This document shows, one piece after another, positions 15,222 to 25,199 of a stretch of DNA of 29,450 bases. How positions within the stretch are numbered: position 1 is the stretch's first letter; each line of letters begins with the position of its first letter. Where the stretch lies: assembly GCA_035718125.1 (NCBI GenBank), contig DASTHP010000188.1, positions 1 through 29,450 on the forward strand, given 5' to 3'. Origin of the DNA: Burkholderiales bacterium (GTDB lineage Bacteria; Pseudomonadota; Gammaproteobacteria; Burkholderiales; SG8-39). The notes below the pieces were generated by a model, which saw only the letters and a list, made by a program, of their open reading frames with translations, was not told the origin of the DNA and ran no database searches. The translations under genes and the position numbers were made by a program.

Positions 15222-16373
15222 ATGGCGCGCCTGCTGTTCGTCACCGGCTCGCTGTGCCACGGCGGCGCCGAGCGCCACGCCGTCACGCTCATGAACCGCC
15301 TGGCGGAGCGCCGGCACGAGTGCCACGCGGTCTATGTCAAGAGCGGGGCGGACCAGCTGCCGCGCATCCGCCTGCGCGGCAGCGGCACCGTGCTCTGCCT
15401 CGAGGCGGCGCGCTACCTGGATTGGGCGGCATTGCGGCGCTTTGCCGCCCACCTCGAGCGCATCGAGCCTGCCGTGATCGTGGCGGCGAATCCCTACGCG
15501 CTGATGTATGCCACGCTGGCAATGCGCCTGGCGCACCGGCGCGTGCCCACGATCGTCACTTTCCATTCGACCCGGCTGCTCGGGTGGAAGGAGCAGCTGC
15601 AGATGGCCGCGTACCGCCTGCTGTTCTGGGCCGCGGACTGCACGGTCTTCGTCTGCCAGCGCCAACTGGGGTACTGGCGGCATCGCGGCGTGCTCTCCCG
15701 GCGCAGCGAGGTAATCCACAACGGCGTGGACACGGATGCGTTCAGCAGCGCGCGCGATGCCGGTGCGGGCGGCCGGATGCGCGCCGCGCTCGGCTTTCGC
15801 GACGTCGACTACGTGATCGGCCTGGCAGCGGTGCTGCGCCCGGAGAAGAATCCCCTGCAGCTGGTGGATGCAATCGCGCTGCTGCGCGCCCGTGGGATTC
15901 CCGCCAAGGCGCTGATCGTGGGCGACGGCCCCCTGCGTGCCGCGGTACTGGACCGCGCCTGCGAGCGCATGGTCGCAAGCGACATCGTCATCTCGGGTTT
16001 CCAGCAGGACGTCCGGCCGCACATCGCCGCCTGCGACGTCATGGCCCTGTGCAGCCTCACCGAGGCCTTTTCCCTGGCGGCGCTCGAAGCGATGGCGATG
16101 GGCAAGCCGGTGGTGCACGCCAACGTCGGCGGCGCCGCCGAGATGATCTCGGAAGGCCACAACGGCGCCCTGTTTCCGGTCGGCGATACCGGGGCCTTCG
16201 CCGCCGCCCTCGCGACGCTTGCGGACCGCAGCGCCTGCAGGCGCATGGGCGGGAACGCCCGCCGGGTGGTGCAAGCGCTGTTTTCGGAGGGCGCCATGGT
16301 GGACCGCTACGAACGGCTGCTCCTGGAGCTCGCCGGCAAGCGGCTGCGGCCGAAAGAGGAACTGGCGCACTGA
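15222..16373 (+). CDS. Glycosyltransferase family 4 (GT-B)
   Basis: SLCHGGAERH, IHNGVD, LRPEKN and EAFSLAALEAMAMGKPVV (EX7E). Confidence 0.92.
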   Translation: MARLLFVTGSLCHGGAERHAVTLMNRLAERRHECHAVYVKSGADQLPRIRLRGSGTVLCLEAARYLDWAALRRFAAHLERIEPAVIVAANPYALMYATLAMRLAHRRVPTIVTFHSTRLLGWKEQLQMAAYRLLFWAADCTVFVCQRQLGYWRHRGVLSRRSEVIHNGVDTDAFSSARDAGAGGRMRAALGFRDVDYVIGLAAVLRPEKNPLQLVDAIALLRARGIPAKALIVGDGPLRAAVLDRACERMVASDIVISGFQQDVRPHIAACDVMALCSLTEAFSLAALEAMAMGKPVVHANVGGAAEMISEGHNGALFPVGDTGAFAAALATLADRSACRRMGGNARRVVQALFSEGAMVDRYERLLLELAGKRLRPKEELAH

Positions 16374-16428
16374 GGGTCCATACGGACCATGAGGCGCTGG
16401 CAAGGGCTACACGGCGCTGCCGCAGCAT
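16374..16428 (+). promoter_or_regulatory. Putative EPS operator (GGGTCC-ATAC-GGACCA) plus -10-like CAGCAT; internal, possibly leaderless promoter of the epimerase
   Basis: Perfect GGTCC-N4-GGACC inverted repeat, 33-nt gap, CAGCAT 16423-16428, ATG 6 nt later. Confidence 0.55.
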
Positions 16429-16434
16429 GCGTGC

Positions 16435-17489
<1,055 letters not shown>

Positions 17490-17493
<4 letters not shown>

Positions 17494-18605
17494 CGCCGCC
17501 CGCGGTTCTCGTCCTCGGGCCGCAGCGCGCGGCGGTCAGCGGCGTCAGCACGCACGTGAACACCCTGCTCGCCTCGGATCTCGCGGACGATTTCTCGCTG
17601 ATCCACTTCCAGGTGGGTGGCGAAGGCCTCAAGGAGAGCCGGGCCGGTCAGCTCGCGCGGCAGGCGTCGAGTCCGTTTCGCCTGGCGGTGGCAATCCTCA
17701 GGCGCGGCGCCGCGATCGTGCATATCAACAGTTCGCTCAACGCACGCGCCTACTGGCGCGATCTCGTGCACATGCTCGTCGCCAAGGCCTGCGGGGCGCG
17801 GGTCCTGTTCCAGGTGCACGGCGGCAAGCTGCCGGCGGATTTCTGCGGCAACAACCGGCTGCTGGCGGCCCTGTTGCGTCGCACGCTGCGGCTTCCGGAC
17901 GCCATCGTGGTGCTCGGCAGCATCGAGCTCGACGCATACCAGCGGTTCGTCCACCGGGAGCAGGTGGTGGCGCTGCCCAACGGCATCGACTGCCGGCCCT
18001 ATGCGAGCCTCCTGCGCGAGCGGACCGATCCGGCTGCTGCGCTTCGCCTGGCATACGTGGGCCGGCTGGCGAAAGAGAAGGGGCTCTACGAGCTGCTGAC
18101 GGGCTTGCAGCTCGCCCATGCCGCGGGCGTACGCGCCCGGCTCGTCATTGCCGGCGCCGGCCCGGAAGAGGACAAGCTGCGCCGCTTCGCGGCTGCGGCC
18201 GGCATCGGACACGCGGTCTCGCTTGCCGGCCCGGTGTGCGGCGCGGGCAAGTCGGCGCTGTTCGCGCAGTCCGACCTGTTCGTACTGCCCAGCCACGCTG
18301 AAGGCCTGCCGTACGCGCTGCTGGAAAGCATGGCGGCAGGCGTCCCGGCCATCGTCACCAGGGTCGGCGCCATTCCCGACGTCGTCCTCGACGGCATTCA
18401 CGGCCTGTTCGTTCCCCTGCACGACCCGCAGGCGATCGCGCACGCCATTGCCAGGCTGGACGCGGACCGGGAGCTGCTGGCGCAGATGGGCATCGCCTGC
18501 CGCGCGAGGATCGCCGCGAGCTACAGCGTGCAGCGGCTGGCGGGCGACGTGCGCCGACTGTATGCGGACATGTTCGCCGGCAAGCATGCCGACGCGCTGC
18601 ACTGA
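17490..18605 (+). CDS. Glycosyltransferase family 4 (GT-B)
   Basis: GTG overlapping the upstream TGA; LPNGID, YVGRLAKEKG and EGLPYALLESMAAGVPAI. Confidence 0.92.
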
Positions 18606-18632
18606 CCGCTGCCAACTTCGGGAAGACAAAGC

Positions 18633-20507
18633 ATGTGCGGCATTGCTGGATGGATCGCAGGACCGGAGGGCCCGCTCAACCGGGGCACGCTCGAGTCCAT
18701 GCTGCTCGCCATCGCCCATCGAGGGCCGGACGATTCGGGCATCGCGCAGTTCCGCAGCCATGGCACGGGCCACGACGTGTTTCTCGGGCACCGGCGCCTG
18801 GCGATCATCGACCCCGATGGCGCGCGCCAGCCGATGTGCGACGCCGCCGCCGGCCTGGCAGTGACCTTCAACGGGGAGATCTACAACTTTCGCCAGTTGC
18901 GCGAGGAGCTGAGCGGGCTCGGCTACCGCTTCACGCGCGACTCCGACACCGAAGTGCTGCTGCGCGCCTACCAGCACTGGCAATGCGCCGTGGTGGATCA
19001 CCTGCGCGGCATGTTCGCGTTCGCGATCTGGGACGCCGGCAAGGAGCGCCTGCTGCTGGCGCGCGACCGCTTTGGCGAAAAGCCCCTGTTCCTGCACGAG
19101 AGCGCGAACGGTCTGTGCTTCGCCTCGGAGATCAAGGCGCTGCTGCGCGTTCCCGGCGTGAAGTGCGCCGTGGATCCGGCGGCGGTCTGGGACTACCTCG
19201 CCTATCGCTACGTGCCGGGACCGCAGACCCTGTTCAACGGCATCCGCAAGCTGCAGCCCGGGACGATAGCCGTCTGGGAGCGCGGCAAGCTCACGGAGTC
19301 GCGCTACTGGTCGCCGCCGGATCGCGCCATGGGCGGCTGCGCGAACCCGCCGGCCGACGTCGCCGGCACGTTCCTGTCGCGGCTGGACGAGGCGGTCAGT
19401 CTGCAGATGGTGAGCGACGTGCCCTTCGGCGCGTTCCTGTCGGGCGGCCTGGACTCCTCGATGATCGTTGCGCTCATGAGCCGCCACAATGCGAAGGTCA
19501 ACACCTTCTCCGTCGGCTTCGGCGAAGCGGGCTACAGCGAGCTGGGCTACGCCGCGCAAGTGGCGCGGCACTTCGGCACGACGCACCACGAGATCACGGT
19601 CACCGATCGCGACCTCATCGACCGGCTGCCGGCGCTGGTCGCCTTTCGCGATGCGCCGGTGTCGGAGCCGTCCGACATTCCGATCTACCTGCTGGCCCGC
19701 GAGGCCGCGCGCAGCGTGAAGATGGTGCTGACCGGCGAAGGCAGCGACGAAGTGCTCGGCGGCTATCCGAAGCACGTCGTCGAGCGTTACGCCCGGCCCT
19801 ACCAGTGGCTGCCGGCAAGCTTGCGCCAACGGCTGGTCGAGCCGCTCGCGCAAGCGCTGCCCTACGGCTTTCGCCGCGTCAAGACCGCCGTGGCCAACCT
19901 GGGCATCGCGGATTGGCGCGAGCGTTACGTGCGCTGGTTCGGCGCGCTGAGCGTCGCCGAGCGCGGCCGGCTGGCAGTGCGGCCCATCGAGCGCGCTGCG
20001 CCGGCCGCTGCGGCGCCCTTCGACGCGCATCCGCGCAACAGCTCGCTGCGGCGCATGCTGTACTTCGATCAGGCGAGCTGGCTGCCCGACAACCTGCTCG
20101 AGCGTGCGGACCGCATGACCATGGCGGCCTCGCTCGAGTCGCGCGTGCCGTTCCTGGACCACGAACTGGCCGCGTTCGTTTCGTCCCTCCCGGACCGCTT
20201 CCGCGTACGCGGCCGCACCACCAAGTGGATACTGCGGGCCGCGGCAAGCAACCTGCTGCCCGAGCGCATCCTGACGCGGCCGAAAGTGGGCTTTCGCGTG
20301 CCGGTGGGCGACTGGTTTCGCGGTCCGATGCGCGACTTCCTGGCGGGCCACCTGCAAGGCGCCAGCTCGATGACCCGTGCTTACTACGATGCCCGGGTGC
20401 TGGACGGGATCCTCGCCGGGCACTGGAGCGGCAGGCAGAACAGCGAAAAGCTCCTGTGGGCGCTTCTCAATCTCGAACTGTGGCACCGGCACTATGTCCA
20501 GGCATGA
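18633..20507 (+). CDS. asnB: Asparagine synthase (glutamine-hydrolysing)-like amidotransferase
   Basis: N-terminal MCGIAG (Ntn Cys), HRGPD, FNGEIYN, SDTEV, RDRFGEKPL, LSGGLDSS, LTGEGSDE and SLESRVPFLD. Confidence 0.93.
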   Translation: MCGIAGWIAGPEGPLNRGTLESMLLAIAHRGPDDSGIAQFRSHGTGHDVFLGHRRLAIIDPDGARQPMCDAAAGLAVTFNGEIYNFRQLREELSGLGYRFTRDSDTEVLLRAYQHWQCAVVDHLRGMFAFAIWDAGKERLLLARDRFGEKPLFLHESANGLCFASEIKALLRVPGVKCAVDPAAVWDYLAYRYVPGPQTLFNGIRKLQPGTIAVWERGKLTESRYWSPPDRAMGGCANPPADVAGTFLSRLDEAVSLQMVSDVPFGAFLSGGLDSSMIVALMSRHNAKVNTFSVGFGEAGYSELGYAAQVARHFGTTHHEITVTDRDLIDRLPALVAFRDAPVSEPSDIPIYLLAREAARSVKMVLTGEGSDEVLGGYPKHVVERYARPYQWLPASLRQRLVEPLAQALPYGFRRVKTAVANLGIADWRERYVRWFGALSVAERGRLAVRPIERAAPAAAAPFDAHPRNSSLRRMLYFDQASWLPDNLLERADRMTMAASLESRVPFLDHELAAFVSSLPDRFRVRGRTTKWILRAAASNLLPERILTRPKVGFRVPVGDWFRGPMRDFLAGHLQGASSMTRAYYDARVLDGILAGHWSGRQNSEKLLWALLNLELWHRHYVQA

Positions 20508-20529
20508 ACTCGTGGATACCGGCGGCGGC

Positions 20530-22542
20530 ATGGAGACCGCCGTCGTGCGCACGGGCGCCAGGGAATGGCTCAGGTGGCGCATCAATCGCCTGCGCTGCAT
20601 GTCGCCGGCGGAGATCCCGCACCGCCTGATGCGCGCCGTGTCCGGCGTCGCGGAGAGCGCCGCGCTGCTGTTCGGGCCGCCGCGCGTGCCGGCCCCCGAC
20701 CTCGGCGCGGCTTCCAAGCCATGGATCCGCCGCAGCGCCAGCGTGGAGGTTGCCCCGTACACGGCGGCCGCACAGCGCGTTGCCGCCGGCCTGCTCGACG
20801 TGTTCGCGCTGCGCAACGCCGACCTCGGCTCGCCGCCGCGCTGGAACCAGGACCCGAAATCGAGAATCGTGTCGCCGAGCAGCTTCGGCAAGCATCTCGA
20901 CTATCGCGATGCGCGGCTGGTGGGCGACATCAAGTATCTCTGGGAACCCAACCGGCACCTGCATCTCGTGACCCTGGCGCAAGCCTACGCGCTCAGCGGC
21001 GACACCGCGCACCTGGAGGTGATGCGGCTGCACCTGGAATCCTGGTTCGCCGCCTGCCCCTGCCGCATGGGCCCGAACTGGTCGAGCGCGCTCGAGGCGG
21101 CGATCCGTCTCGTCAACTGGTCGGCCGCCTGGCAACTCGCCGGCGGCGTGCGCTCGCCGCTGTTCGACGGCGAGCGCGGCGAGCGCCTGCGCCGGCAGTG
21201 GCTCGAGTCGGTGTACCAGCATGCGCGCTTCGTGCGCGGCTACTTCTCGCGCCACTCCTCGGCCAACAACCATCTCATCGGCGAGGCGGCCGGGCTGTTC
21301 ATCGCCGCCCTCACCTGGCCGCATTGGCCGGCATCCGCGCGCTGGCTCGCGGCGGCCAAGGGCATCCTCGAGGCCGAGGCGCAGCGCCAGATCGCCCCCG
21401 ACGGCGTGAACCGGGAGCAGGCGATGTCCTACCAGCAGTTCGTGCTCGACTTCCTGCTGATCTGCCTGCTGGCCGGCAGGGAGAACGGCGTATGGTTCTC
21501 CGCCGTCTACGAATCGCGGGTCGAGGCGATGCTCGAGTACCTCGCCTCGGTCATGGACGCAGGCGGCCATGTGCCGATGTTCGGCGATGCCGACGACGGC
21601 CGCGTGGTGGGACTGGCGCCGGCCGCGGACTTCTCGTACTACCGGTCCCTGCTCGCGACGGGGGCCATCGTGTTCGGCAACGCCGAGTTCAAGCGCAAGG
21701 CCGGGCCGCTCGACGACAAGACGCGCTGGCTGTTGGGCGAACAAGCCGACGCGCGGTTCGATGCGCTGGGCGCGCCCGCCGCCCTTTCGCTGCCGCGCCA
21801 GAGCTTCCCCGCCGGCGGCTACCACGTCCTCGGCTGCGACTTCGACACGGACCGCGAGATCCGCCTGGTCGTCGACGCCGGGCCACTGGGGTACAGCGCC
21901 ATCGCCGCCCACGGGCATGCGGACGCCCTGTCGTTCACGCTGTCGGTCGGCGGGCTGGAGTTCCTGGTCGACCCCGGCACCTATGCGTACCACACGCAAG
22001 GCGAGTGGCGCCGGTACTTCCGCGGCACCGGCGCGCACAACACCGTGCGGGTGGATTCGCGCGACCAGTCGGAGTCCGGCGGCAATTTCATGTGGCTGCG
22101 CAAGGCGCGCGCGGGCTGCAGCCTGTGGGAGAGCACGCCCGATCACGATCGGTTCGAAGGCTGGCAGGACGGTTACCGGCGGCTGCAGGACCCGGTCCTG
22201 CATCGCCGGCGGATCGTGCTGCACAAGGCCTCGAGGCGCGTGTTCATCGAGGACTGGCTGCACATGACGGGCCAGCACGACATCGAGCTGCTGTTCCATT
22301 GCAGCGAGCAATGCGTGGCCGAGGCAACCCCGGGCGGCTACGCCCTGCGCCAGGGCGGCAGGACGCTTCACCTCGCCCTGCCGCAGATCGAGGCGGCAAG
22401 CTCCCGCATCCACGTCGGCAGCGTCGCGCCCATCTTCGGCTGGGTGTCGCGGCGGTTCGACGACAAGCAGCCGGCACCGAGCATCGTCTGGCGGTGCCGG
22501 CTCCAGGGCGATGCCGTCCTGCGAACCGAGATCGCCTGCTGA
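20530..22542 (+). CDS. Heparinase II/III-like protein (alternative start ATG 20494)
   Basis: DIKYLWEPNRH, ANNHLIGE, GVNREQ, MFGDADDG, AHGHADALSF, DPGTYAY and GAHNTV motifs. No signal peptide apparent. Confidence 0.85.
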   Translation: METAVVRTGAREWLRWRINRLRCMSPAEIPHRLMRAVSGVAESAALLFGPPRVPAPDLGAASKPWIRRSASVEVAPYTAAAQRVAAGLLDVFALRNADLGSPPRWNQDPKSRIVSPSSFGKHLDYRDARLVGDIKYLWEPNRHLHLVTLAQAYALSGDTAHLEVMRLHLESWFAACPCRMGPNWSSALEAAIRLVNWSAAWQLAGGVRSPLFDGERGERLRRQWLESVYQHARFVRGYFSRHSSANNHLIGEAAGLFIAALTWPHWPASARWLAAAKGILEAEAQRQIAPDGVNREQAMSYQQFVLDFLLICLLAGRENGVWFSAVYESRVEAMLEYLASVMDAGGHVPMFGDADDGRVVGLAPAADFSYYRSLLATGAIVFGNAEFKRKAGPLDDKTRWLLGEQADARFDALGAPAALSLPRQSFPAGGYHVLGCDFDTDREIRLVVDAGPLGYSAIAAHGHADALSFTLSVGGLEFLVDPGTYAYHTQGEWRRYFRGTGAHNTVRVDSRDQSESGGNFMWLRKARAGCSLWESTPDHDRFEGWQDGYRRLQDPVLHRRRIVLHKASRRVFIEDWLHMTGQHDIELLFHCSEQCVAEATPGGYALRQGGRTLHLALPQIEAASSRIHVGSVAPIFGWVSRRFDDKQPAPSIVWRCRLQGDAVLRTEIAC

Positions 22543-22594
22543 GCCGACCGGACTAGTCGCGCTCGTCCGGGGCGTCAAACGCCTCCCCCAAACT
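22540..22594 (+). promoter_or_regulatory. Putative EPS operator (TGAGCC-GACC-GGACTA) plus -10-like CAAACT; internal promoter of the dehydrogenase
   Basis: Strong right half-site GGACTAG and GACC spacer identical to the 8986 copy; 33-nt gap; CAAACT 22589-22594; SD AAGGAG at 22621. Confidence 0.5.
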
Positions 22595-22637
22595 GCAGTT
22601 CTTCCACCGATTGCGCAATCAAGGAGATTCATCGGTC

Positions 22638-23951
22638 ATGCGGATCAGCGTCCTGGGTCTGGGGTACGTCGGCACCGTGACAGCGGGCTGCCTCGCGCAG
22701 CAGGGCCACGATGTGATCGGCGTCGACCCGGAGCCGCGCAAGGTGGACCTGATCAACGCCGGCCGCTCGCCCATCATCGAGAAGGACATCGGCAAGATCA
22801 TCGAGCAGCAGGTGGCGGCGGGCAGGCTCGCCGCCAGCATCGAGGCCATCGACGCGGTGCAGCGCACCGATCTGGTCATGGTGTGCGTGGGCACGCCGAG
22901 CCGCGCCAACGGCGACATCGACCTCAAGTACATACGGCGGGTCGCCGAGCAGATCGGCGAAGCCATGCGCTGCCACCACGGCGCGCCGGCGGTGGTGATC
23001 CGCAGCACGATGCTGCCCGGCACCATGCGCAACGTGGTGATCCCGGCGCTCGAAGCCGCATCGGGGCGCAAGGCGGGCGCGGAGTTCGGCGTGTGCATCA
23101 ACCCGGAGTTCCTGCGCGAAGGCAGCGCGGTGCACGACTACTTCAACCCGCCCAAGACGGTGATCGGCGAACTCAACGAAGCCAGCGGCAAGCTGCTGGC
23201 GGGTCTCTACGCCCACCTCGATAAGCCCCTGGTGCGCACCGACATCGAGACGGCCGAGATGGTGAAGTACGCCGACAACGCCTGGCACGCATTGAAGGTG
23301 GGATTCGCCAACGAGATCGGCAACGTGTGCAAGGGACTTGATGTCGACGGCCACAAAGTGATGGACATCTTCTGCAAGGACACCAAGCTCAACCTGTCGC
23401 CCTACTACCTCAAGCCCGGCTTCGCCTTTGGCGGCTCCTGCCTGCCCAAGGACCTGCGCGCGCTGCTGTACAAGGCGAAGATGCTGGACGTCTCCGTGCC
23501 CATCCTGGCGGCGATCCTGCCCAGCAACGAGCAGCAGATCGAACGTGGGGTACGTGCGGTGGTCGAGCGCGGCAGCAAGAAAGTCGGCGTGCTCGGCTTT
23601 TCCTTCAAGGCCGGCACCGACGACCTGCGCGAGAGCCCGGTGGTCGAGCTGACCGAGCGGCTGCTCGGCAAGGGGTTCGACCTCAGGATCTACGACAGCA
23701 ACGTCAGCATGGCGCGCATCCACGGGGCGAACCGCGACTACATCCTGAACCGCGTACCGCACATCTCGCGCCTGATGGTGTCGAGCATCGGCGAGGTGAT
23801 GAGCCACGCCGACACGATCGTGATCGGCAACGCCGCGCCCGAGTTCGTCGATGTGCCTGGGCGCCTGCGCGGCAGCCAGGGCATCGTCGACCTGGTGCGC
23901 ATCAACGGCGCGCGCAGCGTCGCCGGCGTCTACGAGGGGCTGTGCTGGTGA
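22638..23951 (+). CDS. algD: GDP-mannose 6-dehydrogenase-like (AlgD-type nucleotide-sugar dehydrogenase)
   Basis: MRISVLGLGYVG, CVGTPS, NPEFLREG, KLNLSPYYLKPGFAFGGSCLPKD (catalytic Cys), FKAGTDDLRESP, IHGANRDYI and terminal EGLCW, all collinear with Pseudomonas AlgD as I recall it. Confidence 0.85.
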   Translation: MRISVLGLGYVGTVTAGCLAQQGHDVIGVDPEPRKVDLINAGRSPIIEKDIGKIIEQQVAAGRLAASIEAIDAVQRTDLVMVCVGTPSRANGDIDLKYIRRVAEQIGEAMRCHHGAPAVVIRSTMLPGTMRNVVIPALEAASGRKAGAEFGVCINPEFLREGSAVHDYFNPPKTVIGELNEASGKLLAGLYAHLDKPLVRTDIETAEMVKYADNAWHALKVGFANEIGNVCKGLDVDGHKVMDIFCKDTKLNLSPYYLKPGFAFGGSCLPKDLRALLYKAKMLDVSVPILAAILPSNEQQIERGVRAVVERGSKKVGVLGFSFKAGTDDLRESPVVELTERLLGKGFDLRIYDSNVSMARIHGANRDYILNRVPHISRLMVSSIGEVMSHADTIVIGNAAPEFVDVPGRLRGSQGIVDLVRINGARSVAGVYEGLCW

Positions 23952-25195
23952 TGCCTCCCGCGCGACGCGTCCTGATGCTGGTGGAGAACCTGCCCAGCCC
24001 GTTCGACCGCCGCGTCTGGCAGGAGGCGACGACGCTGCGCGACGCCGGCTACGTCGTCTCGATCATCTGCCCGACCGGCAAGGGCTATGAGAAGAAGCGC
24101 GAGACGATCGAGGGCATCGCCATCTGGCGCTACCGCCTGCCCGTCGAAGCCCGGGGCGCGGCCGGCTACGCGATCGAGTACTCCGCCGCCCTGGTGCAGA
24201 CCTTCCTGCTGTGCTGGCGCGTGCTGCTGACGCGCGGCTTCGACGTCATCCACGCCTGCAATCCGCCCGACCTGTTTTTCCTCATCGGGCGGCTCTTCAA
24301 GCTGCTCGGCAAGAAGTTCGTGTTCGATCACCACGACCTCGGTCCGGAGCTGTACGAGGCCAAGTTCGGGCGGCGGGATTTCTTCTACCGACTGATGCTC
24401 AGGCTGGAGCGCTGGAGCTTCCGCGCCGCCGACATCTCGATCGCCACCAACGAGTCCTACCGGCGCATCGCGATGGCGCGCGGCGGCATGGCGCCGGATC
24501 GCGTGCTCGTGGTGCGCAGCGGACCCAGCCTGGAGCGCATGACGATCCGGCCGCCGGACGAGCGCCTGAAGCGGGGACGCCGCCACCTGGTCGGCTATGT
24601 CGGCGTGATGGGCAAGCAGGAAGGCATCGACCTCCTGCTGCACGCGGTGCGCCACCTGGTGTTCTCGATGGGCCGCACTGACATCCACTTCGGGCTGGTG
24701 GGCGGCGGCACGTCGCTCGCGGCGATGCAGGCGCTGGCCGCCGAACTGGGCGTGGCCGATTTCGTGACCTTTACCGGGCGCGTGCCCGACGACGAGATGC
24801 TGGCAATGCTCAACACGGCCGATGTCTGCGTGAATCCCGACGCCGCCAACGAGATGAACGACAAGTCGACCATGAACAAGATCATGGAGTACATGGCGCT
24901 CGCCAAGCCCATCGTCCAGTTCGACCTCGCAGAAGGGCGCCATTCGGCACTGGCGGCATCGTTGTACGCGAAACCGAACGACAGCGCCGACCTGGCGGCA
25001 AGGATCGTCGAGCTCATCGACGATCCGCAGCGGCGCGCCGATATGGGCAGGTACGGACGCCTACGCGTGGAGAACGAGCTGGAATGGCGCCACGAGGCGC
25101 CCAAGCTGCTGTCGGCCTACGACAGCCTGTGGAGCGGCAGCACGTCGGGTCGGCAGGCAGAGCATCGCCGCGGCCTGCCGTCGCTGCGGCTGTAA
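23951..25195 (+). CDS. Glycosyltransferase family 4 (GT-B)
   Basis: ATG overlaps the upstream TGA; FDRRVWQE, HACNPPD, FDHHDLGPELY, YVGVMGKQEGID and MNKIMEYMALAKPIV. Confidence 0.9.
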   Translation: MPPARRVLMLVENLPSPFDRRVWQEATTLRDAGYVVSIICPTGKGYEKKRETIEGIAIWRYRLPVEARGAAGYAIEYSAALVQTFLLCWRVLLTRGFDVIHACNPPDLFFLIGRLFKLLGKKFVFDHHDLGPELYEAKFGRRDFFYRLMLRLERWSFRAADISIATNESYRRIAMARGGMAPDRVLVVRSGPSLERMTIRPPDERLKRGRRHLVGYVGVMGKQEGIDLLLHAVRHLVFSMGRTDIHFGLVGGGTSLAAMQALAAELGVADFVTFTGRVPDDEMLAMLNTADVCVNPDAANEMNDKSTMNKIMEYMALAKPIVQFDLAEGRHSALAASLYAKPNDSADLAARIVELIDDPQRRADMGRYGRLRVENELEWRHEAPKLLSAYDSLWSGSTSGRQAEHRRGLPSLRL

Positions 25196-25199
25196 TCCG

